Shown piece after piece: positions 13,563 through 26,135 of a stretch of 64,000 nucleotides of DNA; positions within the stretch are counted from its first letter, which is position 1, and each line of letters begins with the position of its first letter. The notes beneath the pieces were generated by a model. The model was not told where the DNA came from and searched no databases. It saw only the letters and a program-made list of their open reading frames with translations. Source of the stretch: Marsupella aquatica (taxonomy: Eukaryota > Plantae > Marchantiophyta); assembly GCA_973895155.1 (NCBI GenBank), contig OZ316897.1, positions 18,386,457 through 18,450,456 of the forward strand. The letters run 5' to 3'. The position numbers and the translations under genes are program-made.

Positions 13563-13816
13563 GTTACATATAAATCTCAGCTGATGTCCTTCCTGCCTGC
13601 CAGCCAGCTCGCTCCTGCTGCTGCCCTGCTACCCGCTATTCAAATCCTCGACCGACTGGCTGAACGCAACAGCTAATGTCAATTGCTGAAAAGCTGAAAA
13701 CATGACTTCACCAGAAGACGCGGCGAGAAAGTGGTTCTTTCTCGTGTGGGCTCCCTTTTCTTCAGTTTGTGCCACCACCCAACTTACTCTGTGCCCCGTG
13801 GGATGAGAACGGGCAC

Positions 13817-13900
13817 AGTAGAGTGGTCTCCGCATCGCAGTGCTCGACGATTCGATTGATTCGTAGTAGAGTGGTCTCCGCATCGCAGTGCTCGACGATT
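13817..13900. repeat. Short tandem duplication, ~48-bp period
   Basis: GTAGAGTGGTCTCCGCATCGCAGTGCTCGACGATT occurs twice. Confidence 0.9.
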
Positions 13901-14141
13901 GGGTTGATTGGATGAGTCAAATCTGGTGAAAGAATTCAGTTGAGCGATGTCGGAGAGATGCTCCCCAGACGAAGAACAGATCAAATCTGCTTTCTTGGCG
14001 AGAGTGCAGCAAGTGGCAAATGCTATGGCGCAACCCACGGGGGGGTTGGCCTTGATCCTCGTCAACTTGACTAGTGTGGGCGTCCGGTTACTGTTCCCAC
14101 CAGTTCCATGACTCGGCCGATTTGAGTCCTGGAAATTGACC

Positions 14142-14985
14142 AAGCATCTCCACCAGTTATTGGGTTGGTCTAGTGTAAAGTTATGTGTACCAAACGGTTG
14201 AAAAAAGGCAACCTCAATGGGTTACTCTAAAGCTATTAGCCCAATTATCCACTCCTTGAAGGTAAATAGACATGAAGAAAACTAATCTTGCATGATAAAA
14301 TTTCTATGCTATTTGAGTTAATCTTTGTCCCATCCTTGGTTTTTGGGTCCACCCTCATTTCAGTTTTGTCTAATCTCATTTAAAGTTTTTAAATGTTTGT
14401 CTGTATTAAGGAGTGTTAGGGTGTAAAGTCTCACTCTAGACCCTAGGCCCTTTATTAGAGTAGACTGCATTCCTGCTTTTATAGTAAGATTCATTCATTT
14501 TTGGGTTGGTCTGCATCAGTGACTGGGTTGGACTAGTGTAACGTTATCTGGACCAAATCCAGTAAGGTTAATAAAAAAGGCAACCCCAATGGGTAATCTA
14601 ACACTATTCATTTTTGGGTTGGTTTACTGTCACGATATGTTGACCAAACTCAGTAAGGTTTTAAAAAAGGCAACTCCAATGGGTTACTCTAATGCTATCC
14701 ATTTCTGACCTTACTGTGTTTTTTTGTCACTGGATCTGTATATGAGCTGTTGTATAGGGCATTGACGGGGTATAGGATTCATTCCTAGGTTCTCCAAGAT
14801 CCAATTATGAGCATCCAAGGGTGCATATGTTGGAAGATACTAAAAAACCTAGTAACCATTGGGCTTGCTCTTTGACATATATATCATCTTTGTTATATAT
14901 ATAGTTACACACCCAGAAAAGAGAACCCGTTATGCTATATTTCATGTATACAGTAAGCAAATGGCCTACATAGTTGGAGATGCTC
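14142..14985. mobile_element. Probable degenerate Tourist/PIF-Harbinger MITE-like element with internal repeats
   Basis: AGCATCTCCA on the left and TTGGAGATGCTC+TAA on the right. Internal repeats of GGGTTGGTCTAGTGTAA and AAAAAAGGCAACCCCAATGGGT. Confidence 0.5.
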
Positions 14986-15613
14986 TAAGAGTGAAGACAA
15001 GACTCAAGGGTGCATTGCTATTGGGACCCTTTATTTATCTAGCTAATAAAGCTCAATCAAAAGCTACTCCACGGGGCCCTACAGTCTCTAGGCCTTGACT
15101 CTAACTTAGGGCATAACTGAAATGAAGTGAGGGTGGAGAGAAAAGACAGGAGAAATGTCATTTTTGGTGGGAAGCCTTTGTGGCTGTTGGATTATGGTGG
15201 CATTTGCCTACCAAGCATGAGATGGGCCTGAAGGTGTCTCTCTGCACCTTTTCTACACCCAGGAATCGCGTCCTGTGTGTGTCAGGTTTGACACACCCTG
15301 TGCGAGTCAATTTGGGGCGCAAATCTGGTTGCCCATTGCTCAAGAGCTGGTTTAGTCATAACTTAAACTCAGCTTTCACATTCAAAAAAAGAAGAAGAAG
15401 CTTTCACATTCAAACCCCCTAGGAACTCCCCCCCCCCCCCTTGGTCTCTACATTAGTCTTTCTTTACAACAAGAAGTGGCCCTCCAATTTGCTTTGGTGA
15501 AAAGAGTGAAGTGCTACCCACCATTGTAAAGCCACCCTAAGAAATTCTGTCAAGTTTCATGGCAGATGAATGACTGGAGATCAATTCCTGGGTGACTAAA
15601 CCAGGTCAAGTTA

Positions 15614-16005
15614 GGGGGGCTTTACAAAAGGGGGCTATTCAGTGTATCTCCATCCAAAGCAAAGGGGAGGGCCAGTTGCAGGCACTAAAGTTAAAATGCA
15701 TGAGCCAAACGTGTGTAGAGCCAATAAATACAAAGACCCTGACTAGAAGTGGCCCCTTGGTCCATTCTTGTAGACCACCTCAAGAGGTCTAAGTTCTGAA
15801 CAAAAAGGAATGCACATATCAGAAAAAAAGTGAACCAGAGTGGATGGATTTATGACTAGGATGGTAATGGTTTTGATAGTGTGCACCCAAGTTCATGCAA
15901 AGTGAACCACAAGTTCATGTAAAGTGAAGTCTGGGCTGTTCTCACATTTAAATGGATACAATTGCATCTCACACATAGAAGAAGAACTGTCTTGTAAAGC
16001 CCCCC
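15614..16005. mobile_element. PIF/Harbinger-type MITE
   Basis: Perfect 14-bp TIR GGGGGGCTTTACAA (15614-15627) / TTGTAAAGCCCCCC (15992-16005), flanked by TTA on both sides. Confidence 0.88.
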
Positions 16006-16260
16006 TTAATATAGTTCCCCATGCAGTCCCTGGAGCTCGTGTTCAACATATGAACAGTAATGTGTCTGTTTTCTCTTGGCTTCAAAAAAAAGATGTGACA
16101 TGCCAGCCATTCTCTTGTCGGGCTTCTTCCTTCTTGTGCCTCCAACTTTGCCACCCTGGTCCGAAGCATGCCCCGTCACAAATCCCACGAGCAAGTCGTT
16201 GATTGTTTGGAATTGTTCAGCTTTTCATTAACCTATCCCCCAAACTATGCAATATTACTT

Positions 16261-16504
16261 CTGTGCTTCCCAAACAAAATTAATTATCACCTTGTCCCTC
16301 ATTTCATATTTGGGTTAGTATGAACTTGTATACTGATTCTCGTTACCATGTGGAGCCAAGGAAGGGGGCCCAAATGGGTTGCCCTGGGGTCAGGTTACCC
16401 AATAACATCTTGCCACATGGCAACAGGAACCTGTACATAAGTTAATACTAACTCGAGTAAGAAAATGAGAAATAGATTCATAATTAATTTATTTGGGGGC
16501 CACA
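16261..16504. repeat. Imperfect hairpin (MITE-like foldback)
   Basis: TTAGTATGAACTTGTATAC...CCATGTGG pairs with CCACATGG...GTACATAAGTTAATACTAA. The outer CCCAAACAAAATTAATTAT pairs with ATAATTAATTTATTTGGG. Confidence 0.75.
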
Positions 16505-19199
16505 TTAATAAATAATAATAGTGGGGAGTTTGGGGACAGGTAAATAAAAAAATGTCAAATAAAGCCTTACTATTGTTTTGTAGCCATGCTGGCAGCCAAC
16601 CCTGAAATCCAGAACTTCAACGGCTTTCATGGTTGTAAGCAACTCTCGTGCATGCGAATCACCCTGGCAGCAGCGGTGACTTTGATGAGTCCAACAATTC
16701 GTCTTCTGGCCGAAGAATCTCCATTCTGGCTCTTTGACAGTTTGGTTGAATGAGTCGCGCCGCGTCACTGACTGCGCATATGAGCTTAGCAAGTACTCCG
16801 GAGTTTTTAATTGCCAGGAAAATGAACCAAGCAAAAATGGTCCGGGCTGGGCGAGGGGTGTAGGATAGTGATTGTGAATCTCCTTGAAGTAGCTAGCCCC
16901 ACCTCCAGTTTACGCCTTCGTCAGTCCATCCCCAGCTGCGCCTTGAGAGCTGGACTGCAGAAAAATGCCTGAAGCTAGACATGGAGATGGTGCCGCAGCG
17001 GGAGATGGCTGGCTCCTGCCACTGGTATTGTCCATAGCCCATAGGGGCCAGTGCGCGGTGAACTGGTAAGTCCAGCAGAGTACAGATACTCCTGTAGCAT
17101 TCTGACCAAGAGCGTCACCGAATCACATATAGTTTTGCAGAGGTACCTCCTTTTCGTTCACCGGATCGGGATTACGAAATCGTATCATATCGATCTGCTT
17201 TACTCTCCGGATTGTCAGCGGGCTGTTGCATCTGGCAGTGCCTCATTATTTTGGTCAAGACCGAATACCTCAGGAGGACTAAAATAACTTATCCGGAGGT
17301 CTAACCGGAGGTCTATCGGAGCCCACTGGAATAAAATATTTCCCGAACAAGATTTAGAGGCGATCTCGGATCTCCTGGCAAGCACGGCTAATTAAAGGCT
17401 TCACTATGCGAGAACATCCAACTAGATATGAGCGATCGGATATTTTTTGCCTACTGTGAACTAACGATGAACTCTTTTTATTTCTCGAATTTGTGGACGG
17501 TGACAGTATTGACACGACAAAGTACCTGGCCGTTGCCCTTTCGTACCTTTGCATCATGGACCAGACCTCCACTTTTCAGTTTAGTACTTTACTGTGCAGA
17601 GCATCAGTAAACTCTGGAATTGGGCATATATTTAGAAGTTTGGGGCCAAAGATCGTCAAAGATCTCTTACTGAGCCAGAGACCAAAACGGCCATCCACAG
17701 GATCAATCAGGTCGATCGTCCCTTTAGCACATAAGCAATCAAAGATCTGCAGCAACAGACAACATAAGCCATCGACAAGATCCATAGTGTGGAAGATGAT
17801 GGCAATCTGAGCTTTGCCTGATCAGGCAATCAAACGTATTGTTCTGCGATAATGAAGACGAAGAAACAAGAGCGATATCTCGAGTACGTGATCGAATTGA
17901 ACAGTACACTGCGCAGCTACGCAATGCGACTATCAAGGGTTCTCCCTGGCAACGATCTTGACTAAGGAAACTAAAAGGTCTCTGCACGACATGCACATAC
18001 CGTAGGAAACAAACGATCTGCATGCACTGAGGAAACTAAAACCAAACTGGGCAAGTCTCTGCACCACAGGCGCTTACGTATGTTAGCTACATTCCACGAC
18101 GAAATTGTTGCGTACCGTAGGTACATGCAACTCGTATTGCCATTTGACAGACATTTCTATTGCCGCTTAGTTTTGATTTTCTGCCGCTTACAATTCGGGG
18201 AAATTCCGGTTTCTGAAGCGTTGGTCTCCGTTGCTTAATTAACCGCCAGCCTGTATCCCCGTACAGCACGACTAGTCATTGAAGCAATTTTTATATTTCA
18301 AATACGAAGGTCACCATCGATCAACGATTGAGTTGTGACGCTGGATCACAATTGTAGAAACACAGCTGTGGGATTATCCCAAAGCATCATAGCACTCCAA
18401 CAGTTTGTTACAGTTTTCTCGATTGACGACACTACGGTTGAAAGTCCAACATGATTGAAAGAATGGAGAACAGGTCTCCCCGTAAACCGTCGACGAGGGC
18501 ATCTCTGATTAGATCAGAGACCCCAAGATTCAAACTGAGACGGCAGTGGAGTGATCCAGCAATCCCCCGATGCCAGCAATGAATCTCACTGTCAAATCAA
18601 GCATACTCGTTTCGTGACTCGGGGACAAATTCAACACGCACTTGAAGGATAATTGTTTGGCGACACAGGACAGATTCAACACGCACTTGCCGTGACGTCA
18701 GCAGAAGCTTAGAACTCCGACTTCATAAACTTCAAGATCGAGCAAATGGAAAAGAAAGCAGCTAAGTTTTGTTTGAACGATCATACGTAATTTGCACGAA
18801 AGAACTCATCCAATCTTTGTTTGGGCATGAGAATGTTAAAGTTTTACACGGTAATTCATGTCCTACCGTCAGAAAGGGCCTCGCGTTGTAATTGAGCAGT
18901 TACATTTAATTGCATATCAGACTCTTACGAACGAAAAATTCATCGAGATGGTCGCAACTGATAAAAAAGGAAAATTATCAAGACGGCCCATCTGATTGAA
19001 GGGGAGATTGACCAAGGAAGGAAAGTGTTGATTGGTGCTGAAAGACGACGCGTTCTTGTGGCACCTTGCGTAACAGACTCTTTCCTTCTATTTTCATAAC
19101 TCAAAAGAAAAGGCAAAAAGAATCAAGCGAGTTTGGAGTCTCACATAGAAATTGAGGGGTTTAATTCAAGTTGACATTTCATGATAAATCAATATCGTA

Positions 19200-19375
19200 C
19201 AGCCGTGAGATCTGCGGGAGAATACTTATTCACATATAGGCTCTAGATGCAGTCTCAGAGTCTCTTGCACTATACGGTCTTGGAAGCAGGGAATTCCAAA
19301 TGATATTATTCTCTTGCGTCCAACAGTCATGGGATCCTTAGCATAAACGAAGGTTCTCAAGTGCCATCTTATGAT
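19200..19375 (-). pseudogene. Fragment of a group II intron reverse transcriptase/maturase (RT domain 2 region)
   Basis: Translates to FGIPCFQDRIVQETLRLHLEPICE*VFSRRSHG, matching the family pattern LGIP..DRIVQ..L..LEP..E..F...SHGFRP. It has an in-frame stop and no continuation. Confidence 0.8.
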
Positions 19376-19376
19376 G

Positions 19377-19729
19377 GGGCGTCTCAAACATAGGCTGTCC
19401 ACGGAGTTTATAGAGTCCACTAAGGACATGGTCTAGACTGGGCCCAAATTGGTCAGGCACCTCTAACTAGGCCCACACTTTTTCTCCCAGGACACTTTAC
19501 CAAGCTTGCAGACTCGGGCTGCTAACGCGGAAGGAGGTCTTGGGCGTCTCAGACATAGGCTGCTTGAAAGAACTTCGTCCGGACTGTTAGGCACATCTAA
19601 TCACACATAACATACCCGTTGGCCAACCCTTGCCCAAATGTGTGACCAGAATAGCATCAAAGTTTCAGCCTGACAATTCCACCCGCATCGGCCCAGACCT
19701 TTTTGCGGACAGTGAGGTTTGAGACACCC
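19377..19729. mobile_element. MITE-like element
   Basis: TIR GGGCGTCTCAAAC / GTTTGAGACACCC (12 of 13 match). A second copy of the left end occurs internally at ~19542. Confidence 0.55.
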
Positions 19730-19821
19730 TAGTGAAATGACTTGACACCAGAGTCATCTCTCAAGTGAAAAAGATAACACTCCCAAAGAGAACCATGTAA
19801 AGTGACTCCAAGGACGACAAA

Positions 19822-20050
19822 TGTTGAACCCACCTATCATATTTCGCTCTGTTAATCATTCATCCAGTTCTTCAGAGGTAACACCGTGTGCACAAGTGAC
19901 ATCTTTAAATCGGTATTGCATTGCTGCTTCACCACTGTTGAACCCACGTATCATAATACGTTCTGATAACCATTCATCTGCTGTTTCTGAGGTAACACCA
20001 GGTGCACAAGAGACATCTATAAATGTTTACTGCATTGCTCTTCACCATTG
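19822..20050. repeat. Degenerate tandem repeat, 114-bp unit x2
   Basis: TGTTGAACCCAC at 19822 and 19936, both followed by GAGGTAACACC..GTGCACAAG.GACATCT. Confidence 0.85.
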
Positions 20051-20079
20051 TAACCTGAAGCTCCAAACTTCAGTTGGCA

Positions 20080-21115
20080 CTATTGCTTTAAGAAATCATC
20101 AACCGTATTGACTCCAAACGTTGACTTTCCAGGCTCTCTGATCATCTTCTGTATTGAACGAGGATAACCATACTTTAACTTACTATAAAATCCAAATTCT
20201 TGTATACCATTTTCGCTGATAGAAACATTTGACCGAGCCCCAAGATATACGTAGTGAAACACCTGGATAAGTTGGACTACCCACCATTGTGGAAGTTGGA
20301 AAAGTGAAATGTCCAGGATCGCATCCAAATCTCTGTTCAGAATTTGTTTTTTGATGCAAATTTTGAAAATTCTCTTGAACACACCAAGTTCGGTACTCTA
20401 AATAATCCTTGCTTTCAAAGTGCACAATTCGCTGTCTGACCTTCGATAACCAATCGGTACTACTTGGCAGCAATTGTACAAAGGCCAATGACAATTGTAG
20501 TAACAGTCGACTGGATGAAACGTCAGTCGATGCTAAGATAGGAGTTCCTTATTACAATGGAAGCTTCCGATGCGACTGCTGAATTGTTCCAGTCAATCTT
20601 GTGTTGCGGTAAATCATTCATTCCACGAAACCAGATTTTCCTCCAGAACGGATGCACAAAATTCATTGCGGGTTTTAGTAGCCATACCCGGGCCAGACCA
20701 CCCCGGGAGGTAAAAAATTGCTATCTCACCAAGACAGCTGGAAGCTCCACCGATTGTCGGTTTAGACACACAAGCTGACCAAGTTCAGCATCTTGGATAT
20801 ACACAAATGCCTGTCATGGACAACGAAGCAGTGAAAATCTCCAGACGCTTTTCTTATTTTTCCTCGACCAAATGATCCAGCATACGCCACCAAACTCGGT
20901 TTGAAGGTACCAATAGAAGTCTCAAGAAGGTTGACCAACTCATTGCCCTTGTAAGTGAAAGACAATGACCTTGTTCCTACTAAACTCAAATAATCTTTCT
21001 TCCAGCGCCAGTTTGCGTTACCTCTCTTGGCAGTGTCCAGGAGAGGACTTTTAAAATAGTCCTTCCACTCTTGAGGTTCCAGTTATATGGAAATGGTCAT
21101 TTCATTTGAAGAATC
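20080..21115 (-). pseudogene. Decayed coding relic, possibly a P-loop NTPase (GBP/atlastin-like)
   Basis: LVAYAGSFGRGK is a hydrophobic strand followed by GxxxxGK. MTGICVY and IVIRNSYL appear in shifted frames, with many stops and frameshifts. The family assignment is weak. Confidence 0.35.
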
Positions 21116-21616
21116 TGCAACGTAGTGTACAACCTACCCTATTAAAATAGAAATTCAAGTTTCTTTCCAAGGACATTTCCTTTGCACTTTGCACACTGTT
21201 CTCGTCATCATCAACATTTAGCAATGAGCTATTTCTACGTGCGAGCTAGAAGAATTAGGGGCTGAGGATTACCTCGGGAAGCAACCGATAAAATTCATGA
21301 CAATGGCTATCGGTAGCTCACATATATTGTTCTTGAGTGGATATGCAAACTGTTGTCAAGGCGGGAGTTCAAATGAGAGTATCTGCAAAACAACAAAAGA
21401 CGGCTCATCCAAAAGTTGTCCATGCACAGTACTCTCTTCAAGGTCAGGCTATCGCATGCAAAAATACTTTATTGCCATCGCTTCTGCTTGCCATGTTGCC
21501 GGTCTTTACTATATCCAAACACCAAAGTAATGGTTTCACATCATCCCAGATAGAAACAGGTACTCCTTTGATGCTGTAAAAAAAATTAAAGTTTTGATTT
21601 GGAATATTACACTTGC

Positions 21617-24600
21617 CTATGGTGTTGAAAGGTCAATAGTCGGGACCAGGTTGTTGGTGTTGGGAGTTTGCATACATCGTAGCTGGTAAACACGATCAAA
21701 AAGCATTGCTACATCAGCCAGTTGAACACCCTCAGTCATTTCTAAGACGGTAGGTACAGATGACGGGTCCGAAAACTCCACTTCCATCATACCCTGCATT
21801 AGCACAAGAAACACTCATTCAAGCGGATTACAATGCATACTTGTTCATGAAGGAGAGGAACAATGAGTAAAATTTTCAACGGCTGAGTGCGTTGATTAAT
21901 AGCTTTATTAACCCTTCGTTATGGGGGAGGTAGGCTCGTCCAAAGAGACTTGAACTTCCAAAGCTTGTGTAGGAAGTGAGATCAGTGAAGCAATTGATAC
22001 CTCGTATCTCTCAAGAAACTTTTGAAACCGAATCATGTTATCTAGCATCTCCTTGCGCGTTTGTGGGTCTTTGAGTCCTGCGATCACGTCTTGCGGAGAG
22101 TAACCAACTAGCCTTTGAACCAACTGTTCACATGGCCGTTCGTCAGATTAATCCCAGGTCCCGTCCCTTCCCTACTAAACTCCGCATGCTTCTCTATTCA
22201 TGACTAGAACGATTATGTAACGGGGACAAAAATGATTGGTCGAAGAGAATTGGCACCTGATGATGAACAAAAGCTGGCGTGACGAGACTTCCATCCTCCA
22301 TGTGAATATGAAGTTTAAATTCATTCACATCCTTATACTGGAAACTGATCACTCCTGTAATTACACACTGCAAGCTAACTGTCAGATTTGTGTCTTGCAG
22401 TCATTTGCAAGTATGGGAGCAAATAACATGTAATATAGCTCGAGACCCTTAAACCTCGCTTAACATCTCCTCCGGGTAGATGAAATCAAGACATCCTCCC
22501 AAGGTAACTAAGAAAACACCTTGAATTATGACAAGCAATCGATTTCTGCTTGAACCCCATTGAGCCTACCTGTAGTCTTAAAAAGAGTCAATGAAAGATT
22601 ACTCTTAAAGCAACAACTGTCATTCGCTTTAATGCAAACGAAAAAAAAGAATTCGGATTCCACATCGGCTCGGCACAAGAGGGACTGATAATAATTGTTT
22701 GAAGCTATATTTCCTTATCCAGCGTCTTGTTGCATTCTGACCAAATACCCTAGCCAATGGAAGAAAGTTATCAAGGCGTGGATGCAACAGGATAGGCTGG
22801 GTACAAGAGCGCATTTCTTCGAAAGTCAATTGGGCCCCGAAGGAGCACTAACAGAGCAACAGAAAGCTAGAAGACAAGGAAAAAAGTGAGCTAGAGGAGT
22901 ACCTTGACTTTACCTCGCACCACAGTATTCTGATCAAGTCGAGAATTAGTTCTGTCTTTCATAATCGACAAATAGGTGAAGGGGATTCCATCTTGGAAAG
23001 CATCAACCCTTGATGGTGGGCATCCGCTTTCTGCAGGGGTGCTCTTTCGATTTTCTTGTGAATCATCCAAAATCATGGGTGTCATTACATCGGCATCATC
23101 TATCAAATCCAAGTTGCACAACACAACAATTTTGGAATCAGAAAGTTTGCTCTTGAGGTTTTACTGAAGAGCAAAATTACTCTTGAACAGGTTTTACTGA
23201 AATTTCTCTACTACGCCAGAGCCAAAACAAGATTGGACATGAAATTAACTCCAAGCCAAAAGTAATGTGCCTTTGTGCGTACAAATCCCACTAACCAGTT
23301 GATAGTGCAGGCGGTTCAACAGCTTGAACCTGTAGCCTGGTTGGAAGTTTGGATTGCACGAGACGTCGAGGCTGCACAGAGAGTCTTCCCCGCGTCGGAG
23401 TTGATTGAAGGCGTCTGTTGCTCTCAGATGACACTTGACTGGACGTACGTTCCTGGACTGTATTGGTCATGGACTCTCTCCTGGACTCTGCACCGTATCC
23501 CTGCTGCACTGCGGTGGTATGTTGATGTACCTGCTGCACGTATCCTACGGTGGATGTGTGTAAGCCAGTCATATTCAAGTTGCTAGTAACGTGTACCTCC
23601 TGATGCTGTTCCACAGACTGAAGGTGTCCAGCTGGCTCTCTAGATTCCAACCCAACGGATCGTAACCTTGAGACTACGAATGATTGCTCTCCTGGGTGTG
23701 AGAATCGATCTTGCTGAAGTGGCTGTTGTTGCCCTCCTTGATGCACCGAAGTAGTAGATTGCTGAAAATGAGAAGCTCCTGCTGAGTGCCCACTTGGTTC
23801 CGTAGGGCGACTGTTCTGAATATTTCTGTCACCTGGTCCTTGCTCAACCTCTTCTCTCGCCAAATGATGTATACTACCATCACGAACGCTAGTTGAAGGT
23901 CGAGTCCCTGATATGTTGAACCCACCATTAGGATAGGAAACAATGCATTTAAGAAGACTTACCACAACAGGGATAAGAGAGACATGAACGGAATGACATA
24001 CATTCAGACGATTAGCCACGATAAGTTGTAATGGACCTGGTGGATGATTAGAGCCTGCTTGATCTGTAGGCTGCTGGGGTCGGTAGTTATTCCCTGCTGA
24101 TGCCACGGAGCCTTCTGGATTGGCTGACCAAGCTGCTCTTGTTGCCATTTCAGCCAGTGATGGTTCCACAGAACCTCGTCGAGTCCTGCTTAACACCCAC
24201 GCCAGCCTTTAGCCTCACGAATGCTAGGACGGGTTGGTGAACTACTAGGATAGTGAATGCAGGTAGACAGCAGCCAAATCAAACTTTTGCAATTTGGGCT
24301 TATGCAGCAACTACGAAATTTGGGAATTGGCACCACGCCTAGTACCGTCTTCCACGAGGAGGCTTATTGATAACTTGGACAGCTCGTAGCCTTGCTGATT
24401 CTAAGTGCTCCACACTTCCTCCCAAAATCTCCAACACCTCCGGCACAAGCATGAGTAATCCACGCTTCACACAAATGTTCTTCAGAGAGATCTGAAGGTA
24501 TTCGACAACGCCTGTTTCAGCATGCTGCTATAATCGTCATAACAAGGGTTGGATAGCAGGAGTTCGCCGTGAACATCAGAAAAAAGTACCCCACGAGATC

Positions 24601-25716
24601 AAATTTTGGCGTTCATCCTCACCAACAGTCCAGAGATATCTACATACCTTCATCCCAGCCGGAGAGAAAACCTGAAGGGCTCTGATTGGTCGATACTCGA
24701 ATCCGGAGACACGTTGTACACCATCTGTCATTGATAGTTTCAAGGTCCTCCCAGGTCCTGCCGCCTTTTCCTGATATCGGTCTCTTAGTGAGTGGCTGAT
24801 ATCTACGATCTCATCAACCTGAAGTGAATCAACGATGAATCTTCAAATCATTACATCAAGAATTTACGTATCATATCTTACGATCTACAGTATTGGGCCA
24901 AAGTAAGCGTGGGTAAGCTAACAATGGGGTTTTGGAAAGACCCTTTCTAGAGGGAGACTACAGGAACCAGAGCTAAGGTCCGAGCTGGGTCAAATGGTCC
25001 ACATTCTTGATAAAGCACATAGCACATTACAAGGTTTTTGATATATCAAATGCTTGAGATTTTTACTGAAATAGTTTACCTGTAGAACAAATGGGCCTGG
25101 AAGTTCCGTGCCGTGGAGGGAGTGCATTGCTGGAGGAAGGGATGCCGCACCAGCTACATTGAAGTCTGCCATCAGGAACTGACCAAAACAGAGCTCTCCC
25201 TGCCTGGCCACTGGCAGTCCGGCGAATCCAGGTTGAGTAATGGCAAGCTCACTCAGGCAAGACTGTAACCACTGGGAGCGAGGTCTCACTCCCCTGCTAT
25301 TCAAAATATCCTCTACCGGATGCCTAAAACAAACCACCCAGTCAGCAGCAATTGGACCCGGAATAGCAGCAGAGCACTTCACTCTGCTTGACTCTCGAAC
25401 CTTTTGAGGTGATTACTGTAAAGCTCAAAAGATGAGTCGGTGGTAACAATTTAACGATCGTCGAGATATTTCTGCTTGAATCATAATTCACTCGAGGCAT
25501 GGAGAAGAGAATGGCTGTCACTAACCTGGCCTCAGGCACTTGCTGTGGAATGTGGGCACGAGGCGGTGAAGAGGCCATTTCCTCGTCATCAGAGAGATCA
25601 ATAGGTTCTGCATTGGGAAGGGAATCGTTCACTACGCGCGGTCCATCGTCTTCATCGGATTCGGAGTCCGGCACAAGATCCACCCGGCGTAGACGACGAC
25701 GGCCCGTCTGAGCCAT
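21617..25716 (-). CDS. RMI1: RecQ-mediated genome instability protein 1. About 10 exons: ~25716-25526, 25323-25080, 24819-24649, 24491-24344, 24186-24038, 23908-23295, 23099-22903, 22367-22257, 22123-22001, 21793-21617
   Basis: N-terminal LNSRGVRPRSQWLQSCL...QFLMADFN...LPGPFVLQ|VDEIVDIS, RTLKLSMTDGVQRVSGFEYRPI...SPAGMK and KRGLLMLVPEVLEILGGSVEHL. C-terminal OB fold IPFTYLS...VRGKVK|CVITGVISFQYK...MEDGSL and FQKFLERYE|GMMEVEF...VPTVLEM. Confidence 0.92.
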
Positions 25717-26135
25717 TGCTATACCTCTTCGGCCTACCCAAATCTGTTCCAGACTGATTCAATGAAGACATCAGTGGCCTTCTCCTTTACTCCTCTTTTG
25801 AGATTGAGAAGTGCAAACTTCTTTCGCGATAGCAATAACCCTCTTAGGTGACAGCTCCTGCAAAGTCATCCTACGTTTCACAACTCCCCAACACAATGTG
25901 AGTGAACAGCAGTTCCAAAGAGCTATTCGAAGAGCTCCACATTGCACTCAGAACTTTTCGCCAGTGCGATTCTTGAGGCTCCAGCATCCGATCAGTTCTC
26001 AAGTTGAGCTATTCCATCACCAGAGGACAGATCCTAAATGTCATTCTGCAGAGTTCTTCATTTTGGAACCACCATCCCATCTCATAACAAGGGCACAAGG
26101 TCAAGGGTTTAGGGCCCCCACGAGGTACTGCTTGT

